From: Stegostoma tigrinum
Lineage: Eukaryota
DNA: 64,000 nt
Assembly: GCF_030684315.1 (NCBI RefSeq)
Contig: NC_081377.1
Coordinates: 17,608,001 to 17,672,000, forward strand
Direction of reading: 5' to 3'
Shown here: one piece after another, positions 51,605-63,760 of the stretch
Position numbering within the stretch: position 1 is the stretch's first letter
How the letters are laid out: every line of letters begins with the position of its first letter
Position numbers and translations under genes: made by a program
Notes under the pieces: generated by a model
What the model was told of the DNA's origin: nothing
The model's input: the letters and a program-made list of their open reading frames with translations, nothing else
Databases searched by the model: none

Positions 51605-54600
51605 GAGACTGTAGGAACTGCAGATGCTGGAGAACCTGTGACAACAAGGTGTTGAGCTGGATGAACACAGCAGGCCAAGCAGCATCAGAGGAGCAGGAAA
51701 GTTGATGTTTCGGGTCTAGACCCTTCTTCAGAAATAGGGGAGAAGAAGGGGATTCTGAAATAAATAGGGAGAGAGGGGGAGACGGATAGAAGATGGATAA
51801 AAGAGAAGGGAGGTGGTCTCAAAGAGGCGGGGATGGAGCCAGTCGAGGTGATTGCAGGTGGGGAGGTAGGGAGGGGATAGGTCGGCCCAGGGAGGACAGA
51901 CAGGTCAAGGGGGCAGGATAAGGCTAGTAGATAGGAGATGGGGATGGGGCTTGAGGTGGGAGGAGGGAATAGGTGGGAGGAAGGACAGGTTAGGGAGGTC
52001 GGGATGAGCTGGGTTACTTTTGGAATGCGGTCGTGGGAGGGGAAATTTTGAAGCTTGTGAAGTCTACATTGATACCATTGGGCTGCAGGGCCCCTAAGCG
52101 AAATGTGAGGTGCTATTCCTGCAACCTTTGGGTGGCACTGCAGGAGGCCCAGGATGGACATGTCGTCTGAGTTGTGGGAGGGGGAAGTTGAAATGGTTCG
52201 CGACTGGGAGGTGCATTTGTTTGTTGCGAACCGAGCGTAGGTGTTCCACAAAGTGGCCCCCAAACCTCCACTTGGTTTACCCGATACAGAGGAGGCCACA
52301 TCAGGAACAGCGGATACAGTATACCACATTAGCAGATGTGCAGGTGAACATCTGTTTGATGTGCAAGGTCTTCTTGTGGCCTGGGATGGGGGTGAGGGAG
52401 GTGCTGTAGTGGCAGGTGTAGCACTTCCTGCGGTTGAAGGGAAAAGTACTGGGTGTGGTGGGGAGTGTGGAGTTGACAAGGGAGTCACGGAGATAGTGGT
52501 CCTTCCGGAAGGCAGATAAGGGTGGGGATGGAAAAATGGCTTTGGTGGTGGGGTCAGATTGCAGATGGCAGAAGTGCCGGAGGATGATGTGTTCGATTTG
52601 TATTGCGTTGTTAGGGTAGTACATGAGGATGAGGGGAATTCTGTTTTGGTTCTTATTGCGTGTAGGGGGTGTGAGGGATGAGTTGTGGGAAATGTGGGAA
52701 ACACAGTCGAGGGCGTTTTCAACCACTGTGGCGGGGAGGTTGTGGTCCTTGAAAAACAAGGACATGTGGGATGTCTGGGAGTGAAATCCCTCTTTCCAAG
52801 AGTAGATGTAGCGGTGGTGAAGGAATTGGGAATGGGGATGGCATTTTTGCAGAAAGGTCTGTGGGAGGAGGTGTATTCTCGGTAGCAGTGGGAGTGTGAC
52901 ATCGGTGAAGTGGATATTGGTTTCCAGGTGATTGCCAGAGATGGAAACAGAGAGGTGCAGGAAGGAGAGAGAGGTATCAGAGATGGTCCAGGTGAACTTA
53001 AGATTGGGATGGAAGATGTTGGTGAAGTGGATGAACTGTTTGATCTCCAAACACCAGCTCTCTGACACCTCCTCCTACCACCCCCTTGATCATGACCCAA
53101 ACCCTGACCACCAAAACATCATCTCCCAAACCATCCAAAACCTCATCACCTCAGGTGACCTCCCACCCACAGCCTCCAACCTCATCATTCCCTAATCCTG
53201 CACCACCCGTATCTACCTCCTTCCCAAAATCCACAAACCTGACTGCCCTGGTCAACCCATTGTCTCCACCTGCTCCTGCCCCACTGAACTCATCTCCACT
53301 TATCTCAACTCCATTTTCTCGCCTTGGTCCAGGAGCACCCCACCTATGTCCGTGACACCACCCACACCCTCCATCTCCTCCAAAACTTCTGATTCCTTGG
53401 TCCCCAACAACTCAACTTTACCATGGACGGCCAGTCACTATACACTTGCATTCCCCATGCAGATGGCCTAAAGGCCCTCCACTTCTTCCTGTCCTGCAGG
53501 CCCGACCAGCCCCCTTCTACCGACACCCTCATCCGCTTAGCTGAACTCATCCTCACCCCTAACAACTTCTCCTTCAATTCCTCACACTTCCTACAGACAA
53601 AGGGAGTGGCCATGGGTACCCGCATGGGCCCAAACTATGCCTGCCTTTTTGTAGGTTGTGCAGAGCAATCCCTCTTCTGAAGCTACACTAGCCCTACCCC
53701 CCAGCAGTGACTGTATCAGCGCCGCCTCATGGTCCTATGAGGAGCTCAAACAGTTCATTTACTTCACCAACACCTTCCACTCCAACCTTAAATTCACCTG
53801 GACCATCTCTAACACCGCCCTCACCTTCCTGGACCCCTCTGTCTCCATCTCAGGCAACTACCTGGAAACTGATATCCACTTCACGCCTACCGACTCCCAC
53901 AGCTACCTAGAATATACCTCCTCCCACCCACCCTCCTGCAAAAATGCCATCCACCATTCCCAATTCCTTCGCCTCTGCTGCATCTACTCCTGAAATGAGA
54001 CATCCCAAATGTCATCGTTTTTCAAGGACTGCAATGTCTCCCCCTCAGTGGTTGAAAAAGCCCTCAATTGCATCTCACACATTTCCCAGAACTCAACCCT
54101 GACACCCCCTAAGCAATAACAACCAAAACAGAATCCATCACATCCTCACGTACCACCCCACCAACCTCCGGATCCAATGTATCATCCTCTGGCTCTACCG
54201 CCACCTGCAATCCGACCCCACTACCAAAGACATTTTTCCCTCCCCACCCTTATCAGCTTTCTGGAGGGACCACTCTCCCTGTGACTCCCTCATCCAGTCC
54301 ACACTCCCCACCACACCCAGCACTTTTCCCTGCAACTGCAGGAAGTGCTACACCTGCCCCTACACCTCCCCCCCTTACCCCCATCCCAGGCCCTAAGAAG
54401 ACCTTCCACAAAACGGATGTTCACCTGCACATCTGTCAATGTGGTATACTGTATCTGCTGTTCACGATGTGGCCTCATCTACATCGGGGAAACCAAGCGG
54501 AGTCTTGGAGACTGCTTTGTGTAGATGAGCAGAGAGATCTCGGTGTCCATGTACACAGATCCTTGAAAGTTGCCACCCAGGTTGACAGGGCTGTTAAGAA

Positions 54601-55843
54601 GGCATACAGTGTTTTAGCTTTTATTAATAGAGGGATCGAGTTCCGGAACCAAGAGGTTATGGTGAAGCTGTACAAAACTCTGGTGCGGCCGCAATTGGAG
54701 TATTGTGTACAGTTCTGGTCACCGCATTATAAGAAGGATGTGGAAGCTTTGGAAAGGGTGCAGAGGAGATTTACTAGGATGTTGCCTAGTATGGAGGGAA
54801 GGTCTTACGAGGAAAGGCTGAGGGACTTGAGGCTGTTTTCATTAGAGAGAAGAAGGTTGAGAGGTGACTTAATTGAAACATATAAAATAATCAGAGGGTT
54901 AGATAGGGTGGATAGGGAGAGCCTTTTTCCTAAGATGGTGACGGCGAGCACGGGGGGGGGCATAGCTTTAAACTGAGGGGTGAAAGATATAGGACTGATG
55001 TCAGAGGTAGTTTCTTCACTCAGAGAGTAGTAAGGGAATGGAACGCTTTGCCTGCAACGGTAGTAGATTCGCTAACTTTAGGTACATTTAAGTCGTCATT
55101 GGATAATCATATGGACGTACATGGAATAGTGTAGGTTAGATGGGCTTGAGATCGGTATGACAGGTCGGCACAACATCGAGGGCCGAAGGGCCTGTACTGT
55201 GCTGTAATGTTCTATGTTCTATGTCCCTACGCCCGGTTTGCAACAAACGACTGCACCTCCCATTAGTGAACCATTTCAACTCCCCCTCTCACTCCTCAGA
55301 CGATTTTTCCATCCCAGGCCTCCTGCAGTGCCACAACGATGCCACCCGAAGGTTGCAGAAACAGCAATTCATATTCCGGTTGGCAACCCTGCAGCCCAAT
55401 GGTATCAATGTAGACTTCACAAGTTTCAAAATCTCCCCTCCCCCTACTGCATCCCAAAACTAGCCCAGATCTTCCATGCCTCCCCAACCTGTCCTTCCTC
55501 CACCCATTCCCTCCTCCCACCTCAAGCTCCATCCCCAGTTCCTACCTACCAGCCTTATCCCGCGTTCCCCCCTTGACCACCCTGGACTGACCTATCCCAC
55601 CCCTCACTCCCCAACTACACTCACCTTTACTGGCTCCACCCCTGCCCCCTTGACATGTCTGTCTCACCTCCACCTGTCTTCTCCTTTTTCCACCTTCTCT
55701 CCATCTCCCCCTCTCTCCCTATTTATTTCAGAATCCCCTTCTCCTCCCCTATTTCTGAAGAAGGGCCTAGACCCGAAACGTCGGCTTTTCTGCTACTCTG
55801 ATACTGCTTGGCCTGCTGTTTACATCCAGCTGGACACCTTGTT
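51605..55843. mobile_element. Neptune-type Penelope-like element, single inverted insertion (minus arm 51605-53045, plus arm 53046-55843)
   Basis: RT motifs LFTMDGQSLYT-like and QTKGVAMGTRMGPNYACLF (ORF 53423-53680), NLKFTW..FLD, Cys linker RKCYTC, FTCTSANVVYCIRC and YIGETKR (GIY-YIG); hammerhead cores at both outer ends; TSD aatacattgaaca at 51592-51604 and 55844-55856. Confidence 0.92.
54519..55224 (+). mobile_element. Young 5'-truncated CR1 LINE nested in the PLE endonuclease region
   Basis: RDLGVHVHRSLK..LYKTLVRPQLEYCVQFWSPH; (ATGTTCT)n tail; near-identical to 57297-58002. Confidence 0.95.
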
Positions 55844-56097
55844 AATACATTGAACATTCTGTTTATATTTCAGACATCAACTTACCAAGTTTGGTGTGAT
55901 TACACTAGAACCAAGGCTTATTTGAGTACTAAAAAAATGGGAAAGGTTTTGAAGGATATGGGCCAGGAACAGGCATGTGGGACCAGTTTAGTTTGGGATT
56001 ACATTCAGAGTTGACTGGTTGCATCAAGGGATTTCCATGCTTATATGACTTTAGGACTCAATAAATGTCTGCAACGCAAGCTTCTAAATCTGGATTT

Positions 56098-56490
56098 TGT
56101 TTTCTTTATTATTTGATGTGATAGAGCCAATACTGAATATGCCCTGCCCCATCCCTGATTATCCTTGAACTTAATGACCTGTTAGACCCTTTCAATGAGC
56201 AATTATGAGTCAACCACATTGTCACAGCTGAGGAATTACATGTAGAATAGACCAGCTAAAGGCAGCGGATTTGTGTCTGTCAGGGACAGCAGAGAACCAG
56301 ATGGGTTCTTAAAACAATTGATGATAGCTTTGTGGTCATTATTACTGGGATTAGCTTTTAATTACAGACTTTTATTGATTATTTGATTCATATAAACTGA
56401 TTAAATCTAAATCCCACCAGCTTCCCCAATGGGTTTTGAACCCATGCATCCAAAGCATTAATCAACGCCTCTGTATTACCAGTCTACCTC
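56098..56490 (-). mobile_element. Elasmobranch SINE (7925 family)
   Basis: gccccatccctgatt..gagtcaaccacatt..tttgaacccatg. Confidence 0.7.
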
Positions 56491-56560
56491 CCCCCTCTCC
56501 TGGAGAATCTCAGTTAACAATTAGAAATGTTATAGCTACTATAGAAACTTCACAACTTAA

Positions 56561-58002
56561 TTATCTACAGGAATAGTGCCAGACGACTGGAGGATAGCAA
56601 ATGTGGTTCCCCTGTTCAAGAAGGGGAGTAGAGACAACCCTGGTAATTATAGACCAGTGAGCCTTACAAAAAGGAAAAGGTTATAAGGGACAGGATTTAT
56701 AATCATCTAGAAAAGAATAAATTGATTAGGGATAGTCAGCACGGTTTTGTGAAGGGAAGGTCGTGCCTCACAAACCTTATTGAGTTCTTTGAGAAGGTGA
56801 CCAAACAGGTAGATGAGTAAACCAGTTGATGTGGTGTATATGGATTTCAGCAAGGCGTTCGATAAGGTTCCCCACAATAGGCTATTGTACAAAATGCGGA
56901 GGAATGGAATTGTGGGAGATATAGCAGTTTGGATCGGAAATTGGCTTGCTGAAAGAAGACAGAGGGTGGTAGTTGATGGGAAATGTTCATCCTGAAGACC
57001 AGTTACTAGTGGTGTACCGCAAGGGTTGGTGTTAGGTCCACAGCTGCTTGTCATTTTTATAAATGACCTGGATGAGCGCGTAGAAGGATGGGTTAGTAAA
57101 TTTGCAGACGACACTAAGGTCGGTAGAGTTGTGGATAGTGACGAAGGATGCTGTAGGTTGCAGCGAGACATAGATAAGTTGCAGAGCTGGGCTGAGAGGT
57201 GGCAAATGGAGTTTAATGCAGACAAGTGTGAGGTGATGCACTTTGGTAGGAGTAACCAGAAGGCAAAGTACTGGGCTAATGGTAAGATTCTTCGTAGTGT
57301 AGATGAGCAGAGAGATCTCGGTGTCCGTGTACACAGATCCTTGAAAGTTGCCACCCAGGTTGACAGGGCTGTTAAGAAGGTATACAGTGTTTTAGCTTTC
57401 ATTAATAGAGGCATCGAGCTCTGGAACCAAGAGGATATGGTGAAGCTGTACAAAACTCTGGTGTGGCCGCACTTGGAGTATTGTGTACAGTTCTGGTCAC
57501 CGCATTATAAGAAGGATGTGGAAGCTTTGGAAAGGGTGCAGAGGAGGTTTACTAGTATGTTGCCTGGTATGGAGGGAAGGTCCTACGACGAAAGGCTGAG
57601 GGACTTGAGGCTGTTTTCATTAGAGAAGAATGTTGAGAGGTGACTTAATTGAAACATATAAAATAATCAGAGGGTTAGATAGGGTGGATAGGGAGAGCCT
57701 TTTTCCTAAGATGATGACGGCGAGCACGAGGGGGCATAGCTTTAAACTGAGGGGTGAAAGATATAGGACAGATGTCAGAGGTAGTTTCTTTACTCAGAGA
57801 GTAGTAAGGAAATGGAACGCTTTGCCTGCAACGGTAGTAGATTCGCCAACTTTAGGTACGTTTAAGTCATCATTGGATAAGCATATGGACGTACATGGAA
57901 TAGTGTAGGTTAGATGGGCTTGAGATCGGTATGACAGGTCGGCACAACATCGAGGGCCAAAGGGCCTGTACTGTGCTGTAATGTTCTATGTTCTATGTTC
58001 TA
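56561..58002 (+). mobile_element. Young 5'-truncated CR1 LINE (RT domain to 3' end), inactivated
   Basis: DVVYMDFSKAFDKVPH, KFADDTKVG, (ATGTTCT)n tail; in-frame stops at about 56818 and 56993 and a frameshift at about 57630. Confidence 0.96.
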
Positions 58003-59701
58003 TCTCCCCATTTCCTGAATTATCACTCAACTAATATTGTAATTCACTGTACTAAGTGGAGCCCTGACAAAGCTGGAAATCATGACAACTCAACGATAGT
58101 CGACCCACCTTTTATTTTGTTAAAGGTTCATGCTATGTGAGTGTCCCTGGGAAGGACAACAGTAGTTGCTCATTCAAATTACCTTTGGTAAGATGGCACC
58201 TCCTTGTGCCATTGCAGTCCATCTGTCTCGGTGAATGGATTTTCATTATTTAGGGAACCTGTTTCTGAGATGATTCACCATATAAAATAATATTTCATTT
58301 CTCCACATCCTGTGTAATTGGCCTCTACCCTGTGATCTATAACCTTTAACATACTATCACTTTTGTAAGTTGATTATCATTTGATGAGTAATGGGAATTA
58401 CATTACAGCTGTACTATTTTGCCATGGCCATTGTCCGAGTTTTGACATTAAAATCCTTTGATAGTAAGGGCTACGCAAAGTCAACATTTCATTAAACAGA
58501 TAAAGCTGGAGCAACTGGTTCAGAACAGGCAACAAATTAACTGAATCTCTCAATGTGATGACAACTTAGTGGGTGTCCAGTGTTAGGAAGAAATCTGTCT
58601 TTCACTCTCAGTTGCTCGCTGACTCAATATAATCAAGTCAGAACGTGTTCCCGTTTATGATTTTTGGACACAAGATCTTCCATCAGTTCTGAGCTCACTG
58701 TCATCTTGCACAAATTCCAGCCAAATTTCCTACTTATCATCACTATGAGAAAAAACCAGAGACCAAATTTGGATATTTTAAAATTAAGAAATGTTAATTA
58801 AAAATGAAACTATATTTTGAAGTACTTTGTTTACTATGTTTGCTGAATTTTGTGCAGGTAGGTAGCTTCAACAGGAGATTGATAGAAACCCCAGTGACAT
58901 CAACATTTTTCTGCAGAGATTTTGCCAGTGACTCACCATTGATTCACTATAGAAATTCCAGGCAGGAATTTGTTTTGTATTTTGAGTGCCAAGTGTCAGC
59001 ATTAAGCATTTCACAGATGAAAGAAAGAAACAATACAGGCTGACATGAAAATGGTTGAAAATGCTGGGAATTGACAAAGGATCTGTCAGCATTTCAGGTC
59101 ATTCCCAAAAAAAATGTTCACCTGTCTTTTCCCCTTATTGATGTTGATGTGCCTGCAATGTACTTTGAGCATTTTTAGCAAGAACTCGCAGATATGGTGC
59201 AGGTCTCGAAGGATTGCATCCTTAACACCAGAGTGACACTTTCTCACGTTCCCAATTCTTCCTCTGGGCTCCAAGACAAGATTTCTAAGTTAAATGTCAA
59301 TTTACTGAATTGCTTAAGACTGGATGGAGATTGCTAGGTTTCACAGAACTCATAGAACTAAAGGACAGTGGACTGTTTTATTCCATCGATTGGCCTTAAA
59401 TTTGAACCCATATTATAGAAATTAAATGTCAGTGTGTAATCCACTCTGCCACCTACTGCCCTTAAAATGTACTCAAGTATGGTTTGGAAAAAAACTACTG
59501 CTGGGAGTTCTAACCTGAAAAGAGTGGGAATGCAGAATGGGAGAATAAAAGCATTTTATAAAGATAATGTGAAACAGTAAGACCATGGTGCAACTTGCAT
59601 GTACTCTGCATTTGGTGTATTTTTAAATGTTTAATCAGACAATCCAACATGAGAAAAAAACTGTGTCTTGATTAATGAGGAATGTGTATGCTTTACTGCA
59701 G

Positions 59702-59939
59702 ATTGGCGAGGCTGATCAGAACAGACAGTTCGAAGTGGTGTGTGAGTCAGTCTTTGGAGAAATGGAATCTCAAGCTGTGGAGGCTCTCGACCTGCCTGGC
59801 TGTTTCCGAATGCGAAGTCATAGCTATCTGCGTGCCATTCAGGCTGGATGCTCACAGGATGATGACTGCTTGTCTGTATTTTCTATGTCAGCACCCATGA
59901 TGCCTGCCACGAGTGTCGGTGCTATTAAATCCAGCACTT
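59702..59939 (+). CDS. DLGAP3: Third DLGAP3 coding exon in window
   Basis: Acceptor tttactgcag|ATT (phase 0, fits previous exon), donor T|gtaagt (phase 1). Encodes IGEADQNRQFEVVCESVFGEMESQAVEALDLPGCFRMRSHSYLRAIQAGCSQDDDCLSV, nearly the DLGAP3 signature ALDLPGCFRMRSHSYLRAIQAGCSQDDDCL. Confidence 0.93.
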
Positions 59940-61499
59940 GTAAGTACTGACAGTCAAGATGCTGAAACCAAGTGCTCATCTTTAATTGAAGTGTTTCGAG
60001 CATTACCAATTCTGCAGACCAATCCTCCAGACTCAGTTTTGAGCTATCAGTGTTTTAACGGGAGACAGTTGCCATGGAAACAGGGTTTACAACACAAATT
60101 GCTATGTTTAGAGGTGGCCTAATGCAATTAGCAACAGGACAATATTGCATAATCACGCTTGGCACAATGCATTTTTGTGTAGGGCTATAGCGATCAAGGT
60201 AGGGACTGGTAAAAGATTTCCCTCAGTATAAATCATTAATATTTTGAATTCTTATTGCTTTATCCCTCAAAAATCATATTAACCATTAATTCCTGTGAAC
60301 ATGTATATTCATTCAGGTGTTGAGCCAAGAATTGTCAACGTAGCCACTCTTTGCCAATGATGGCCAAGGAAGAGGACTATCCGTTTACAGTCTGATAGCT
60401 CATCATTTCTGATTCAGCCTGTATTGGGCATTTGTTCCATCACTCACAAATTTATCCTGCTCTGAAGCACGTCAATGCTGTAATTGCAAACTCTTGTAAA
60501 TAAGATGCAAAAATTGATATAACTTAAAAACGTACTTCAAGGATTAATTCAGATCACTGCAGATATATTCTAATTTAACCAGTCCAGCAAGCCTAGTGAC
60601 AAGGCTTGTGATGGATTACACCTGACTAAATCACATCAGTCATTGAATCAAGGCAGCCAGTTATGCATTACAATTTATCAAAACTGATCATCCAAATGCA
60701 GGAGCACAGCAAGGTTATCAGCACGGGAAGGACAGGCTGAATTAAAGCAAGTGTCAATGTCCACCCACTTTCCCAATCTGCCTCCTCCCTCGATCACATC
60801 TTGGGAGAAGGTCAATTCCCATTACTTTTATTTTCTTGCATCAATTCAGGTGTGGTGTAAAATAGAGCAAGCAGTCTGCTGTCCTGATTTTGTACTGTCA
60901 TACCTTGTCATGAGTTCCAAGAAAATGTTTCTTGTTAACTGGAAGGTTTGGGTTAAAATGATTATGAATGACAGAGGATGTGACTGTGCCAGTTGCTTGT
61001 GGCATGATTCCCATGTTCTTTGCTCCTTTTTAAACAAAGTAATTCATCTGGCTAAGTGTTTCTTTACTAGGTGGATATATTGGTGATCTAACTGAATAAT
61101 CACACACACATTATCCCTATTCTCTGCAGATTTCTTGTTAAATCAACCCTGAATACAGTATAAGTGGGACATTATAATATATATCCATGTACAAATCAGA
61201 CTCTTGAGACCATTTTTTCCGAAGGTCATGGGTCAGATATTTAACAGTAATGACTTGTGCACTTCATTTGAGCTCAGGAATGACCATCACAACGGAATAA
61301 AGTAAAATATCACAATGACACAATTCTGTAACATTACAAACTATTAACACATCAACTAAGTCTATCAACATGTATCAAATCAACCAAAACAGTTCATGGA
61401 ATTGTTCAAAATCACTCTGATTGCCACCTGAACAATCCATTCCAGTACCTGCTGTATGCATCAGCCTATGGATCTTCTTCATCATCATCTCCATCATAA

Positions 61500-62765
61500 A
61501 GAGGATTGTTGAGGACAGAGTGGTGATGTGATCTGTATGGACTTCAGTAAGGTGTTCGACAAGATTCCTCATGGTAGACTGGTTAGCAAGGTTCGATCAC
61601 ATGGAATAGAGGCAGAACTAGCCGCTTGGATACAGAACCAGCTCGAAGGTGGGAGACAGAGGGTGGTGGCGCATGGTTGCTTTTCAGACTGGAGGCAGAG
61701 AATTGGGATAATGTGTATGTGATTATTCAGTTAGATTACCAATATATTCATCTAGTAAAGAAACACTTAGCCAGATGAATTGCAGCTGGGTCCACAGCTT
61801 TTTGACATTTATGTAAATAATTTGGATGTGAACAAAGGAGATATGGTGAGTAAGTTTGCAGATGACACCAAAATTGGAGGTGCACTGGACAGCAAAGAAT
61901 TTTACCTCAGAGCACAATGGGATCTTGATCAGATGGGCCGAGGAGTGGCAGATGGAGTTTAAGTAAGATAAATATGAGGTGCTGCATTTTGTGAAGGCAG
62001 GACATATACACTTAATGGTAAGGTCCTGGGTAGTGTTGCTGAACAAAGGGACCTTGGAGTGCAAGTTCATAATTCCTCGAAACTGGAGTCACCGATAGAT
62101 AGGATAATGAAGAAGGTGCTTGGTTTGCTTTCCTTTATTGGTCAGTGCATTGAGTATAGGAATTGGGAGGTTATATTGTGGCTGCACAGGACATTGGTTA
62201 GGCCACTTTTACAATACTATGTGCAATTCTGGTCTCCCTGCTATAGGAAGAATGTTGCAAAACTTGAAGGAGTTCAGGAAACGTTTACAAGAATGTTGCC
62301 AGGATTGAAGGGTTTGTGCTATTGGGAGAGGCTGAATAGGCTGGGGTTATTTCCCCTGGAGTGTCAAAGGCTGAGGGGTGACCTTAAAGCGGTTGATGAA
62401 ATGATGAGGGGCATGGATAGAGTGAATAGTCAAGGTTTTTTCCCCAGGGTAGGGGAGTCCAAAACTAGAGGGTGTGGGTTTAAGATGAGAGGAGAAAGAA
62501 TTAAAAGGGACCTAAGGGACAACTTTTTCACACAGAGGGTGGTGCATGTATGGAATGAGCTGCCAAAGGATGTGATAGAGGCTGGTACAATTACAACATT
62601 TAAAAGGCATCTGGATGAATATAAAAATCGGAAGAGTTTAGAGGGATATGGGCCAAATGCTGGCAAATGGGTCTAGATTAACTTAGGCTATCTTGTCAGC
62701 ATAGATGAGTCGAACTGAAGGGCCAGTGTCCATGCTGTACAAGTCTATGAACCTATGACTCTATG
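61500..62765 (+). mobile_element. CR1 (HER1-like) LINE 3' part
   Basis: MDFSKVFDKIPHGRL, KFADDTKIGG, ORF 62059-62676 YYVQFWSPCY..FFTQRVVHVWNELP; ctatga tail. Confidence 0.93.
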
Positions 62766-62949
62766 GTCATCATTGGGAGTACTGGTAACTTTGGCATCAT
62801 CATTTCACAAGTAATTTTCCTCACTACTGTCAAGTACATTCAAAACCCCACATTTTAGAAAGGATTTCTGATTATATTGGAATCAAGTATATTCCATATA
62901 TCTACGTCCCATTGGCACAATGCTGCTAGTGAGGTCGCTCACGTATTTC

Positions 62950-63760
62950 CACCGTCAGTCGATGTTTTCTCACTTTCCAACTTCCAGTCATTCCACATCT
63001 TGCAAGTTCTGTCCTTCGGCTGAGAAACACTAAAGACGACTTTTGCTCCCACAATGTTGTTGGTTGATCTTGCAGCACAGACTGGTTTGTGGAGAAGATC
63101 GGGTTTGAGCATGTCCAAGATGAGAAAATATTTTCTTTGCATTGTCCAGCTGGTCTGAAATTCTGCCCGTTGATCATTTCTTACAACCACTTTTATCCAT
63201 CCTGGCCTTTCTTGTGAACATGGGCGATGAAATCTTCTTTGAAATATCTCTTTAACAAAAGTTTACTCTTGAATATCACCATTGTACTAATTTTGTGCCT
63301 TTTACCATGTGAGAAGAAATCATTTTGAACCATCTGTTCTCATGGCCAGTCATTTTTACAAGGACGATTTTTCTTCACGAGTTTTGGGAAAGATGTTGTT
63401 TGTTTTGCAAGTCAAAATTCATCAGTGTTCATGTTTCAAAGTCAATGTGCATTCATCTCCCAAGGGAACTGACAAAATGATAAAATTTAATAGTTTTATT
63501 GTTGTGCCCAGGTAGTAGATGTTGTTAATTTTCTTTTTTCCGATTTTTTTTTCCCCGAATCGTCAGCACTGGTCTTGACTTCTGACATATCAACTTTCTC
63601 TCAGAGTGCACAGTCAGATGTTTCCCTGGGTGATGTAACTATTTTGCCAATGCCCATTAACCCATACCACCTCTTTTTCATCCCGAGTATAAATTCAGCT
63701 GCATACTAGTTAACCTTTCTTGATGGCATCGTGATAAACCGCACAGTGCATATTAGTCTT
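62950..63760 (-). mobile_element. Fossil pogo/Tigger-family DDE transposase
   Basis: Frameshifted minus-strand remnants KIVLVKMTGHENRWF (~63325-63373), GTKL..MVIFKSK (~63250-63298), HVHKKG.MD (~63195-63222) and YFLILDML (~63105-63130), in pogo order (cf. VKTTGHEK, GTKLPPMVIFKRK, HEKGWMD, LLVWD). Confidence 0.72.

Noticed and set aside
51685-53100. 471-aa minus-strand ORF
   Set aside because: Off-frame reading of the C-rich PLE arm; the PLE motifs are in another frame (52301-53068).
54281-54976. Chimeric 231-aa PLE-CR1 ORF
   Set aside because: Chance read-through from an off-frame PLE segment into the nested CR1; no expression signals.
56707-57453. 248-aa minus-strand ORF
   Set aside because: Antisense shadow of the CR1 RT.
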